A stretch of DNA of 32,000 bases from Methanobacteriaceae archaeon (GTDB lineage Archaea > Methanobacteriota > Methanobacteria > Methanobacteriales > Methanobacteriaceae). Shown here one piece after another: positions 1-10,077 of this stretch (position 1 is the stretch's first letter; every line of letters starts with the position of its first letter). The position numbers were made by a program, and so were the translations under genes. The DNA lies in the NCBI GenBank assembly GCA_030656015.1, contig JAUSNX010000012.1:208670-240669 (forward strand). Reading direction: 5' to 3'. Under the pieces are notes generated by a model. The model was not told the DNA's origin. It worked only from the letters and a program-made list of their open reading frames with translations, and did no database searches.

Positions 1-3000
1 GGCCAAAACCAAAAGGATACCATAATAAATGGAAGCAATACCGCCAGAATATTTTACATCAGAGATTCAGTTACAGTTACCATCACGAATTTAACCTTCG
101 TAAATGGACGTGCAACAGGCATCCTTCCGGTTACAGGTGGTGCCATTAGTAATAATGGTACTCTGAACGTTGTTAACTGCAATTTCACAGATAACTACGC
201 ACATAACTATGGGGGTGCAATCCACAACAACCCAACTGGAACTTTATCAGTGCACAATAGCACCTTCACAGGTAACGAGGCGGGAAATGGTGGTGCTATT
301 TCCAACTGGGGTACATTGGTCGTGAATAACAGTACCTTCAATACTAACAATGTAATTAACTTCGGTGGTGCTATTTACAACAACGGTGACAAAGCTCAAA
401 TTATTCCTTATGTGGGTAATGTGACTTTAACTAACTCTACTTTCACCAGAAACATTGCAGGTACTTATGATGCTGGTCAGGGGAGTGGTGGTGCAATTTA
501 TACTCAACTCGGTGATCTGACTGTGGATAACTGTATTTTCACAGGCCAAAATGCATTGCGTGGAGAAGGTGGTGCTATCTACAGTGTGAGGAGTACTTCT
601 AAATTTAGTAACAGCAGCTTCACAGACAACTGGGTCTATCGTGGAAGTGGTGGAGCCATCAAAAGTGAAGGTACATCCCTCGATCCAAATGTGTTGACCG
701 TGATCAACTGTACTTTCACAAGTAACAGTGCACAAGTCAATGCAGGTGCTATAGGCAGTTGGGGCACTTCTATTATTAATATAACTGGCAGTAATTTCAC
801 AAACAATAGTGTAAATTATTACTATGGTGGAGCCATCGAAATCTACGGTACATTAACTGTTACTGATTGCAACTTCGAAAATAACACGTCAACAGGTTTC
901 GGTGGAGCCATCTACAATCATGGTACATGCACAGTAACAAGTAGTAATTTCCTGAATAACACTTCAAAAGAAGGTGGAGCCATATGGGGCAGTAAAGGTT
1001 ATTTAAAAGTTATTAATTCAAATTTAACAGGTAACCTAGCAACTAATACTAACTGGGGTTATGGTGGAGGTGCCATCGGTACCACAGGTGTGATGGATGT
1101 GATTAACTGTACATTCACAGCCAACAATGCAAGTTACGACGGCGCTGCCATATGGAGCAACAACGTCACACAAATAGTCAACTGTACATTTACCAAAAAC
1201 CATGCAGAAAGTGGTGCAATATGGAACACAGGTAATGGTATTTGCACAGTAACAAGTAGTAACTTCACAAACAACACTGCAGGTTTTGGAGCTGGTATTG
1301 AGAACTATGGTATCCTGACCATCAACAGCTGTAATTTTACCAATAACAGTGCAAGTTACGGTGGGGCAATTTCCCATTTAGGTAAGAACCTGATCATCAC
1401 AAACAGCAACTTCACGGGTAACCGTGCAACATCATCCGGTGGAAATGGTGGAGTTATCTGGGCTAATTACAATACTCAGTCATTAACAGGTCCTTTTACT
1501 ATAACTGACTGTATATTCACAGATAATAGTGCAACAGGACAGGGTAGTGTTGTATGGAATAACAGAAATTTAGATAGTGGTGTAATGCACTTCAACCGCA
1601 TATTTGAGAATATAGGAAACTACGATGTGTACTCTGCCAGTGGAGCCATAGATGCAGAAAACAACTGGTGGGGTGACAACTTCAATGGAACCAATCCAAT
1701 TGCAGCCGTAAGGGTAAACAATAATGTTGATGCTGATCCATGGATCGTACTTAGATGGAGTGCGTCTCCTACCACTTTGGTGGGTCTACTAAGTACTTCA
1801 ACCGCAACTGCAGATATGAGGTACAACTCCAACGGCTTTATTCCAAGCGGAACACTGCCAGATGGAACTGTCAGATTTACAGTCAATAATTCAGGAAACT
1901 TCAACCCATTAAATAGAACCATAGGCAGTACAATAGTTACAACAATATTTACTCCTACGAAGTACGGTTTGAGCACAATAACCGCGACTGTGGATGGTTT
2001 TTCACTCAGTAAGTCAGTTCTTGTGGAGGGAACAGTAACCAGTTTAACTGTCAGCACTGTTTCGGGCTACAAAGGAGACACCACAACACTAACAGCAACA
2101 CTATGGGACACAGCCCATGCCAGAGCAGTTGTGAATGAAAAAGTTGACTTCTACGTAAACGGTGATAACGTAGGCCAGGGCACCACTGATAACAATGGAT
2201 TGGCAACCTGCAACTACAACATCATACAAAACGTTGGAACCTACACCATAAACGCAACCTTCAACGCAACCACACAATACGAACCCAGTAACGGAACAAA
2301 TAATCTAATTGTGAACGCAACACCAACCAATTTAACCATTGATGTAGCTTCAGGCTACAAAGGAGACAAAACAACACTAACAGCAACACTATGGGACGCA
2401 GCCCATGACAGAGCAGTTGTGGCTGAGAAACTTGACTTCTACGTGAACGGAGTCTATGTAGGCTACGGAACAACTGATGTCAACGGTATTGCAACCTACA
2501 ACTACAACATCGCAGAAAACGTTGGAACATACACCATAAACGCAACCTTCAACGCAACCACACAATATGCAGCCAGCACCAGAACAAATAATCTAATTGT
2601 GAATGCAACACCAACCAATTTAACCATTGACAATGTAACGGGAAATAAAGGAACAAATGTGACTTTGAAAGCAGTTTTAACTGACACTGCCCATAATTTG
2701 GCTATCAGCGGTAAAAACGTGACTTTCAAAGTTAACAGTATAGTTGTGGGTAATGCTACTACTGATACTAATGGTGTGGCCACCTTAACGTACTACATAG
2801 ATATTGTAGGTGGAAAATACACTGTTGATGCAGTATTTGCCGCGGATAACCAGTATGCAAGTTCTAATGTCACAGGAACACTCAAAATTCCCCAATCCAG
2901 TGTCTACGTTGTGGTAACAAGCAGTAAAAAGGATCCAAAGATTGGTGAAACATTCACCCTGACTTACAAACTCGGAAACAATGGACCAGACCCTGCAGAT

Positions 3001-3378
3001 AATGTTACAATAACTATTCCATTACCAGAAAGCTTTGAAATATCCAATGTCAATGGTGATGGAAATTGGACCTACAACGAAAAAACAAGAACCATAACTT
3101 GGACCTTCACAACCCTTGTAGTGGGTGATCCATATCTATATGTTACTGGAAATCTCACAAAAGCAGGTGCGTATCTCTTCAGTTTATCAATAGCCACAGC
3201 CACCTACAACGGAGATACACAAGAAATAACACCGATCACAATAAACGCTAAAAATCCCGCGCAAGTAAACGCAGCAAGCAACACAATAACCATGCAGAAT
3301 ACTGGTACACCAATAAACTACTTAATAATGGCAATATTAATGATTTTAAGTGGATTATTAGTATCTAAAATAAAATAA
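1..3378 (+). CDS. Adhesin-like cell-surface protein, 5' end outside window: PbH1/right-handed beta-helix repeats, 3 tandem Ig-like domains, DUF11/CARDB-like domain, C-terminal TM anchor
   Basis: Frame +1 is open from base 1 (GQNQKDTIINGSNTARIFYIRDSVTVTITNLTFVNGRATG...). The track's 'M' at 250 is therefore an internal GTG (Val) and the gene continues upstream. About 18 rungs counted by eye of the motif GGAI(Y/W/S)N.G.L.V.N(S/C).FT.N. The helix ends with NNWWGDN...DPWIVLRW. It is followed by three 96-aa Ig-like units and then PKIGETFTLTYKLGNNGPDPADNVTITIPLPE (DUF11 'conserved repeat domain' signature). The protein ends ...MQNTGTPINYLIMAILMILSGLLVSKIK*. Confidence 0.85.
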   Translation, partial: GQNQKDTIINGSNTARIFYIRDSVTVTITNLTFVNGRATGILPVTGGAISNNGTLNVVNCNFTDNYAHNYGGAIHNNPTGTLSVHNSTFTGNEAGNGGAISNWGTLVVNNSTFNTNNVINFGGAIYNNGDKAQIIPYVGNVTLTNSTFTRNIAGTYDAGQGSGGAIYTQLGDLTVDNCIFTGQNALRGEGGAIYSVRSTSKFSNSSFTDNWVYRGSGGAIKSEGTSLDPNVLTVINCTFTSNSAQVNAGAIGSWGTSIINITGSNFTNNSVNYYYGGAIEIYGTLTVTDCNFENNTSTGFGGAIYNHGTCTVTSSNFLNNTSKEGGAIWGSKGYLKVINSNLTGNLATNTNWGYGGGAIGTTGVMDVINCTFTANNASYDGAAIWSNNVTQIVNCTFTKNHAESGAIWNTGNGICTVTSSNFTNNTAGFGAGIENYGILTINSCNFTNNSASYGGAISHLGKNLIITNSNFTGNRATSSGGNGGVIWANYNTQSLTGPFTITDCIFTDNSATGQGSVVWNNRNLDSGVMHFNRIFENIGNYDVYSASGAIDAENNWWGDNFNGTNPIAAVRVNNNVDADPWIVLRWSASPTTLVGLLSTSTATADMRYNSNGFIPSGTLPDGTVRFTVNNSGNFNPLNRTIGSTIVTTIFTPTKYGLSTITATVDGFSLSKSVLVEGTVTSLTVSTVSGYKGDTTTLTATLWDTAHARAVVNEKVDFYVNGDNVGQGTTDNNGLATCNYNIIQNVGTYTINATFNATTQYEPSNGTNNLIVNATPTNLTIDVASGYKGDKTTLTATLWDAAHDRAVVAEKLDFYVNGVYVGYGTTDVNGIATYNYNIAENVGTYTINATFNATTQYAASTRTNNLIVNATPTNLTIDNVTGNKGTNVTLKAVLTDTAHNLAISGKNVTFKVNSIVVGNATTDTNGVATLTYYIDIVGGKYTVDAVFAADNQYASSNVTGTLKIPQSSVYVVVTSSKKDPKIGETFTLTYKLGNNGPDPADNVTITIPLPESFEISNVNGDGNWTYNEKTRTITWTFTTLVVGDPYLYVTGNLTKAGAYLFSLSIATATYNGDTQEITPITINAKNPAQVNAASNTITMQNTGTPINYLIMAILMILSGLLVSKIK
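2038..2901 (+). repeat. 3 x 288-bp in-frame tandem repeat encoding Ig-like (Big-type) domains inside the adhesin gene
   Basis: Unit starts are at 2038 (accagtttaac), 2326 (accaatttaacc) and 2614 (accaatttaacc), giving a period of exactly 288 nt (96 aa). Copies 1 and 2 share long exact runs, e.g. acaacactaacagcaacactatgggac and tacaccataaacgcaaccttcaacgcaaccacacaata. Copy 3 is clearly more diverged. Confidence 0.9.
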
Positions 3379-3386
3379 TTTCCCCA

Positions 3387-3404
3387 TTTCTTTTTTTCTT
3401 TTTT
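3387..3404 (+). terminator. Oligo-T archaeal terminator candidate downstream of adhesin gene
   Basis: tttctttttttctttttt begins 9 nt after the TAA at 3376-3378. Archaeal RNAP terminates at T-tracts. Confidence 0.5.
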
Positions 3405-3693
3405 GGTTCAATTTAACAAGTTTTAAACATATTCTTGGAATTATATATTTTAAAATCAGTTTTGAAATTAATTTTTTAGGCCTTAGATTTTGTGAAATTT
3501 TAAGTTTTTTTATTGATTATTTTCTTTATTTTTAGGATTTTTTGTATTTTTAGGGTTGAATACGATTTTTGATGCCACTATTGTGGATTTAGAGTTCAAT
3601 TGACCTGAAAACATGAAGTAAGAATATTTAAAAAAGTTGAATTTAAAATGAAGCTATTCTTCATCAAAAAAGTTATTGCAAGCTAATTCTGGA

Positions 3694-3731
3694 TTTAAAA
3701 AATCAATAAAATTGAAACCTAAAGGTTTCAA
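3694..3731 (-). terminator. Hairpin plus T-tract terminator candidate downstream of albA
   Basis: Perfect 9-bp inverted repeat ttgaaacct-aa-aggtttcaa at 3712-3731, about 35 nt past the albA stop. On the minus strand it is followed by ATTTTATTGATTTTTT. Confidence 0.35.
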
Positions 3732-3765
3732 AGGAATAATTCTAAAATAAAATACTATAGTATAT

Positions 3766-4044
3766 TTAATTATCTTTTTGAAGTAGTATCTCAATAGCCG
3801 AAACATTAGTGGCTGTTCCCTCGTTACCAATGATTTCCTCGGTGCTTATGTCAATATTCTGAACATCTATGTCTGTTATAAACCTGTTTCTTACTATCTC
3901 AGCAACGTCCACAGCGCGACTAATGGCTCTTCCTCTAGCTTTCAGAACCACTTCATTACTTCCACCATTCATCTGGGTTACAACTGCTAAGACATAGTTC
4001 ATTACGGGTTTGTTTCCAATGTATACAACATTTTCCTCTGACAT
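3766..4044 (-). CDS. albA: Alba (Sac10b) chromatin / DNA-RNA-binding protein
   Basis: [24 protein letters not shown]...[24 protein letters not shown] is the canonical Alba sequence. The track ORF starts at GTG 4047. The ATG at 4044 is preceded by GGAGGT at about 8-nt spacing and is the more likely start. Confidence 0.93.
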   Translation of the reverse strand: MSEENVVYIGNKPVMNYVLAVVTQMNGGSNEVVLKARGRAISRAVDVAEIVRNRFITDIDVQNIDISTEEIIGNEGTATNVSAIEILLQKDN

Positions 4045-4090
4045 CACTTTAACCTCCGAAAGAATGACTATTATTCTTTCAGTAACCCAT

Positions 4091-4108
4091 TATTATATAT
4101 ATTTTGTG
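4091..4108 (-). promoter_or_regulatory. Candidate BRE/TATA promoter of albA
   Basis: The minus strand reads CACAAAATATATATAATA about 50-60 nt upstream of the albA ATG. This fits an archaeal TATA box with a short leader that carries the SD. Confidence 0.35.
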
Positions 4109-4317
4109 ATATCCTTGCAAAAAAGAATAATACAGAAAATCTTGTTTAAAAAGCAGTATTGGGAGTCAAATACTGAAATAAAATGATTTTAATTCTATTT
4201 ATCATGTGAAAATCTGATTTCAGAATGTATTCATATTAAACATTTAAAAAAAAAATAGATTAAAATGGCCATTTAAATTAATTAAAACATTAAATTAATT
4301 TAAGAAGGATGAATGAA

Positions 4318-5079
4318 CTAAAGGCCATTGAATACAATTACCCATCCATCAATTTTTCCATTTAGATCTTTAGACGGATTTAAAGTTCCACTAATTTTTA
4401 TTTTTACCCCAGCCTTAGTTCTAATTAGTTCATCTGAAAATTCTAATGGGCGGGCCATAGAAATATCTTCCGTATCTAAAAGGCCTAATTGGCCACTGAT
4501 GGGATTTAAAACCTTCATGAGATCCATTCCAATTGCATCCTCTTTTAACCATCCAGTGATGTCTTCTGCTTTAGAGTTTATCAATCTTACTTGTCTTTTC
4601 GAGTCAGTAGATATAATTGCGTCAGAAACATTTCTTAATATATTTTCCATCTGCTGCTGGTTTTTTATAAGGCGCAATTCCATTTTATGTTTGTAAAGTG
4701 TAATTTCAATTGCAGTATGGAGGTCACTATCATCAAAGGGCTTGCTTAAGAAACTTGAATCTCCTTTAAGAATATACCCCGAAGGTTCTGTTATTTTAGC
4801 TCTTTCCACTGTACTTTCATCACTATAAGCAGTTAAATAAATAACTGGAATCCCAAATCTGCGCCTAATTTCTTGTGCGGCTTCAATACCGTCCATTTTA
4901 CCTTTTAAACGGATATCCATGATAATTATATCTGGTGAAAGCTCTTCTGCTTTTTTAATTGCTTCCTCCCCAGTTGAAACCGCTGCTAGAACATCATAGC
5001 CTAATTCTACAAGTCCTTCACTGATGTCATCTGCAGTTATACTTTCATCTTCTACAACCAATATTTTGGCACTGGCCAT
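4318..5079 (-). CDS. Response regulator: receiver (REC) domain + PAS domain, no recognisable output domain
   Basis: N-terminus KILVVEDE...DIIIMDIRL...PVIYLTAY...KPF shows the REC acidic pocket, phospho-Asp and T/K signature. The C-terminal half, ENILRNVSDAIISTDSKRQVRLINSKAEDITGW, is a PAS core. GGGGAGAT SD lies upstream of the ATG. Confidence 0.85.
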   Translation of the reverse strand: MASAKILVVEDESITADDISEGLVELGYDVLAAVSTGEEAIKKAEELSPDIIIMDIRLKGKMDGIEAAQEIRRRFGIPVIYLTAYSDESTVERAKITEPSGYILKGDSSFLSKPFDDSDLHTAIEITLYKHKMELRLIKNQQQMENILRNVSDAIISTDSKRQVRLINSKAEDITGWLKEDAIGMDLMKVLNPISGQLGLLDTEDISMARPLEFSDELIRTKAGVKIKISGTLNPSKDLNGKIDGWVIVFNGL

Positions 5080-5359
5080 TTTTTATCTCCCCAATTGCAC
5101 CTATAAATGTTTATTACATTTTATACAATTAAAAATTGACTTAAATATCTTTATTTGATAATAGAAAATTTATTACTAATTATTTATGTTTTAATCATAT
5201 AAAATATATCTGTTTTTTTACTTTTATTTTAGAATTATAAAATCAAAAGATAAACAGAACACTAAAAAATAGCTAAAAAAAAAAATAAAAATAAATTTAA
5301 GTATTTAATAAAAAATTTAATAATTTAAGCGTTTGAAAAACTATTTTAATTTCAGAATT

Positions 5360-6883
5360 CTACCTAACCATCAAAATTTTGTTTATTGAATCTAAAACTG
5401 CTTCTACACTGGCCATGACCACATCGTCTCTGGTTGAGCGTCCAGTAGCATTATTTCCATCAGTATCACTCATTATGACAAATACTTCAGCGAGAGCATT
5501 AGTTCCACCAGTTATAGCATCTATATGATACTCTTGAAGTTCAATGTCCAGAGTATCACTCATTAAACTCTGAATAGCATTAATTGCAGCATCTACCGGA
5601 CCCACACCTGTTTTAGCAGCAGATTTGATTTCATCGTGTATGCTGAGCTTTACTGTAGCCGTCGGCATTACATTTTCCCCAGTCATAACGGCAATTCCTT
5701 CCAGTTTAACTATTTCTTCCTTGGCTTTACCTAAAATAGTCACTGCAATGGCCTTTAAATCAGCATCAGTAACCTTTTTACCCTTATCTCCAAGAGTTTT
5801 AATCTGATCATAGACCGTGCAGAACTGGTCTTCATTCATTTCAATACCATATTCATCTAATTTTGATCTAAGGGCATTGGCTCCAGTATGTTTTCCTAAA
5901 ACAATTTTGCGAGTGTGACCAACCATTTCAGGACTAATAGGCTCATATGTTTCTGCATTTTCCAGAATACCATGCACATGAATACCAGACTCATGAGCAA
6001 ACGCATTTTCTCCCACAATAGCCTTGTTAGGTGGCATTTTTATCCCCGTGATTCTGGAGACAAATTCCGATAGATTAACTAGCTGCTGAGTTTTGATATC
6101 TAAAGGGAAATCATAACGAGCGATTAAGACCATAACTACTTCTTCTAAAGAAGCATTGCCTGCCCTCTCACCCAGACCATTTACAGTAGCATGTACCTGT
6201 TCTGCTCCAGCTTCCACTGCAGCCAGCGAATTTGCAACTGCCAGTCCAAAATCGTCATGACAGTGCACACTTATACTCGACTTAATAGTTTTTTTAAGTT
6301 CTTTAACCAGCCAGTTCATAGAACCTGGGATCATTACCCCTACCGTATCGGGTACATTAATGAAATCAACCCCGGCCTCATCCACGGCTTGGTAAATCTC
6401 AGAAAGGTATTCAAATTCAGTTCTGGTAGCGTCTTCTGCCGAAAATTCAGCCACTATACCATGGTCTTTTATATATTCCACAGCATCAACTGCTTTACTT
6501 AAAATATCTTCTTTAGTCATTTTAAGCTTAAATTCTCTATGCAGAGGAGATGTACCAATAAATGTATGAATATAATCAACTTCGCAATCTATTGCAGCAT
6601 CCAGGTCACCTTTCAAAGTTCTTGCCAAACCACAAACCTGGGCATCCAGGCCCAGAGATAATATTTCACGAGCTGCTTCTTTTTCTCCTTCAGAAGCCGC
6701 AGGGAATCCAACCTCAATTGTTTTCACACCTAAATGGTCCAGCTTTTTAGCTATCCGTATCTTCTCATCCACGGTCAGGGCCACACCGGGTGTTTGTTCA
6801 CCGTCTCTTAAAGTAGTATCAAATATTACTACCTCTTCCGGTAAATTCATGGTTTTTTTTACTTTCTCAATGTACATAGACAT
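5360..6883 (-). CDS. leuA: 2-isopropylmalate synthase / (R)-citramalate synthase (LeuA/CimA family, with C-terminal LeuA-dimer regulatory domain)
   Basis: [45 protein letters not shown] and AFAHESGIH are the DRE-TIM HMGL-like signature motifs. The 507-aa length includes the C-terminal regulatory domain, which excludes short homocitrate synthase AksA. LeuA versus CimA cannot be resolved by eye. The start could instead be ATG 6877 (better SD spacing) or 6850. Confidence 0.85.
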   Translation of the reverse strand: MSMYIEKVKKTMNLPEEVVIFDTTLRDGEQTPGVALTVDEKIRIAKKLDHLGVKTIEVGFPAASEGEKEAAREILSLGLDAQVCGLARTLKGDLDAAIDCEVDYIHTFIGTSPLHREFKLKMTKEDILSKAVDAVEYIKDHGIVAEFSAEDATRTEFEYLSEIYQAVDEAGVDFINVPDTVGVMIPGSMNWLVKELKKTIKSSISVHCHDDFGLAVANSLAAVEAGAEQVHATVNGLGERAGNASLEEVVMVLIARYDFPLDIKTQQLVNLSEFVSRITGIKMPPNKAIVGENAFAHESGIHVHGILENAETYEPISPEMVGHTRKIVLGKHTGANALRSKLDEYGIEMNEDQFCTVYDQIKTLGDKGKKVTDADLKAIAVTILGKAKEEIVKLEGIAVMTGENVMPTATVKLSIHDEIKSAAKTGVGPVDAAINAIQSLMSDTLDIELQEYHIDAITGGTNALAEVFVIMSDTDGNNATGRSTRDDVVMASVEAVLDSINKILMVR

Positions 6884-7100
6884 TCCTCTTTGGTTTGGCT
6901 AGGCTCAGAAAGAATCTGATCCTGTATTTGCTGATTTTCATCCTATAAATCATTAATCCCAATGAAATAATGAAATTAGGACAAAATTTCGTTTAAACAG
7001 TTATATTTCAGGACCTTATCTAATAAAAATATTTGCCGAGAATGGTTAAATATTTCTAAAAAATGAAGTTGGAAAAAAATATATTAATAATAATTATTAT

Positions 7101-7916
<816 letters not shown>

Positions 7917-8053
7917 AATTAATCTAATCTGTACTGTTTACATTTAATAATATCTCTTGAAATTCGATCCCAATACAACAATGAGATGATGATAATAAAA
8001 ATCTGAGTTTAAATAATTAGAAATTCAATCTTATTTTTTATTATGAGTTAAAA

Positions 8054-8090
8054 CTGATAACTTATAACTTATAATTTAGAACTTATAATC
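8054..8090. repeat. Copy A of dispersed intergenic TTATAAGTT/AACTTATAA element (three direct ACTTATAA units)
   Basis: ctgataACTTATAACTTATAAtttagaACTTATAAtc. Its reverse complement aligns with 17161-17192 as TTATAAGTTnTAAn(+7-nt TTATAAG unit)TTATAAGTTATCAGTT, with only 2 mismatches apart from the 7-nt insertion. Confidence 0.75.
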
Positions 8091-8256
8091 AATTTTTTTA
8101 AGAATCAAATTAGAAAAAAATAATTATTTAAAAGGTTAATTCGACTTGAATTAAATTTTAAACCATTTTAGTGTGATTATTTTATATTAGATTTATTTGA
8201 TATTAAATAAAGCATCACAATAAGTAAATAAAAAAGTAAGACTTTTTTATAAATAT

Positions 8257-8913
8257 TTAATATTCGTAAACACGCTTAATTTTTTTATTGATAACTTCTT
8301 TGAGTATCAAAGGAAGTGGAGTTCTATCACCATAAGCTGTGGTTTTTCCAGCTTTTATGGATTTTAAAATACTTTCCACCGAAAAATCAGCGTCTACATC
8401 AGTCACACAACTTCCCACCGCACCTACAAAATGCGAGTCGCTAGCCCCAATTTCAGGTATGTTTTTTTCAATGGAGAGTTTTTTGGCCCGCCAGTTAGAA
8501 TATCCAAAAATATAACGAGAATTCATGGTTTCAATAGCATCCACCGGCATGTGCTTAATTTTTGCAAATAAACCATCCCTATATCTTACAAAAGGATGGG
8601 GTACAATCGCTATTCCATCCATATCGTGAATTAAATCTACAGTCTCCTCAGGAGAAAGATTTTTTTCAATCTCTTCATTTATCCCTAAGGCCACAATATG
8701 GCCCTTGTTAGTGGTAATTTCCATGGCAGGGATTATGAGTATATCTTTAAATTCTTTTACTTCTTCCTGGGCGACTAAAGATCCTTTCATAGTATTGTGA
8801 TCAGAAATGGCTATGGCATCCAGGCCTATGCTTCTAGCCCTTTTTATTATCTCCCTAGGCGTTCCAGTAGCGTCGCCGGAATAAATAGTGTGAATGTGTG
8901 AGTCAATTATCAT
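8257..8913 (-). CDS. PHP-domain metal-dependent phosphoesterase
   Basis: MIIDSHIHTIYSGDA...AISDHNT...HIVALG...VPHPF...ASDSH shows the His/Asp metal ligands of the PHP (polymerase and histidinol phosphatase) fold in canonical order. Confidence 0.85.
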   Translation of the reverse strand: MIIDSHIHTIYSGDATGTPREIIKRARSIGLDAIAISDHNTMKGSLVAQEEVKEFKDILIIPAMEITTNKGHIVALGINEEIEKNLSPEETVDLIHDMDGIAIVPHPFVRYRDGLFAKIKHMPVDAIETMNSRYIFGYSNWRAKKLSIEKNIPEIGASDSHFVGAVGSCVTDVDADFSVESILKSIKAGKTTAYGDRTPLPLILKEVINKKIKRVYEY

Positions 8914-9030
8914 ATTATCATCTGTTATGTTCGATTGATTAATAATGTATTTTTGTGAGTTAGATTAGGAATATGATTTCATATTTAATATCAATTTAGG
9001 ACATATTATAACTTCTAATCCTAATGACTG

Positions 9031-10077
9031 TCATTTATTCTTATTCTCAATTCGGTGATTAATACAGTTAATTAAACCGACTGGTCCCGTCATCATTACA
9101 TCACCAGCGGGGGCCGCATTATAAACCGGAAATTGAACTTCATCCATCAAACTGCGCCGGGGTCCAGTTACCACCACCTTTTCAATTTCAGTTATGGACT
9201 CCAGAGCCCAAGCCCCATGGCCATGGTCTTCATGTACCTCTTCATGAGTTATAGTAGCATCTGCCAGTTTTTTTAAGTAGTATTCTATTTTTTCAGGAGT
9301 AAGGGAACTGGTATGGTGCTCAAATATCCCCTTTATTTTCCCATCTTCAATGGATGCCGCCAGTGTGTGCCCATTGCCTACATCCATAACAATATAGCTG
9401 TTTAATTCCTGGGCCATTGGATCAGCAGTGGCACCACAAACTGAAGCGAACTTGGAATCCATTAAAAATGGATCAAAATTAGATAGGGTCCTGGAAACTG
9501 CTTTCATTCTAGTGAAGTAATCAGGAATATCCCGGTGAAATGAAAATTCTTCTGGGGCTAATGGTTGGCTTAATTTTTCCCTTATTTTTAAAAATCGGAA
9601 ATTACGATCCCCCATATCCTCATTATATCCATGATCCTGTACAGCCACCCCCACATAATCAAAATCCAGATTTACACCGAAATATGAGAGTGATGAAGCA
9701 ATACTCTCTAAATCAACGTCTTTTAATTCTAATTTTGCAAAATCGTCGTATTTTACTCGACTTTCATCATGAAAAACTATTTTAATCCCTAGTGAAGCTA
9801 CTTTTTTAAGATCGTCCCTTATGGTGCGGGCTGCATTTTCTTCCATAACCACTTGATAACCTTTTTGGATATGTTTCTCTATGGCCTGATTTATAGGGCC
9901 TCCGCCCATGGTTTCTCCACTTATAAAAAGATTTTTATTAATTTTAGATATTTTTGAAGCTAATATGCGAGTAGGTGAAGGTAAAACAAGTTTTACAGAA
10001 TTTTCCATGTTTTGATGTGAATCAAAAAGCATAATATCTTGAGTACCTTTACCCACATCCACGGCCAGTATTTTCAT
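9031..10077 (-). CDS. ASKHA-fold (actin/sugar-kinase-like) ATPase-like protein, DUF1786-type
   Basis: N-terminal ILAVDVGKGTQDI (phosphate-1-like DxGxGT) and internal VMDVGNGHTLAA (phosphate-2-like) motifs. The 348-aa size and pattern match the archaeal DUF1786 family. The substrate is unknown. Confidence 0.65.
   Translation of the reverse strand: MKILAVDVGKGTQDIMLFDSHQNMENSVKLVLPSPTRILASKISKINKNLFISGETMGGGPINQAIEKHIQKGYQVVMEENAARTIRDDLKKVASLGIKIVFHDESRVKYDDFAKLELKDVDLESIASSLSYFGVNLDFDYVGVAVQDHGYNEDMGDRNFRFLKIREKLSQPLAPEEFSFHRDIPDYFTRMKAVSRTLSNFDPFLMDSKFASVCGATADPMAQELNSYIVMDVGNGHTLAASIEDGKIKGIFEHHTSSLTPEKIEYYLKKLADATITHEEVHEDHGHGAWALESITEIEKVVVTGPRRSLMDEVQFPVYNAAPAGDVMMTGPVGLINCINHRIENKNK

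Noticed and set aside
427-2783. Five minus-strand ORFs (427-735, 1036-1377, 1620-2057, 2261-2473, 2502-2783) antisense to the first adhesin gene
   Set aside because: These are shadow ORFs inside a long, clearly periodic coding region. Their products are Cys/Thr/Val-rich nonsense mirroring the sense repeats, and they have no SD.
3379-3765. Possible replication origin / ORB-like elements (TTGAAAC-type half-sites, AT-rich 387-bp spacer)
   Set aside because: There are only loosely similar short words (ttgaaacct/aggtttcaa, gttttgaaat, agttgaat) and no repeated mini-ORB of consistent sequence. No cdc6/orc1 gene is nearby. The perfect palindrome is better explained as the albA terminator hairpin.
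4328-4696. Plus-strand 122-aa ORF antisense to the response regulator, with similar antisense ORFs at 5625-5807, 6191-6502, 6562-6750, 7345-7557, 9540-9785, 10763-10966, 11145-11366, 13032-13415, 14347-14556, 15396-15584 and 16137-16376
   Set aside because: Each lies wholly inside a well-supported gene with recognisable motifs on the other strand or frame. None has an SD or recognisable domains, and their composition is typical of antisense translation.
4720-4790. Apparent 7-8-aa insertion in the receiver domain's conserved K-P-F region (GYILKGDSSFLSKPF)
   Set aside because: It is a loop-length variation in a surface element, and all catalytic REC residues appear present. On its own it is not informative.
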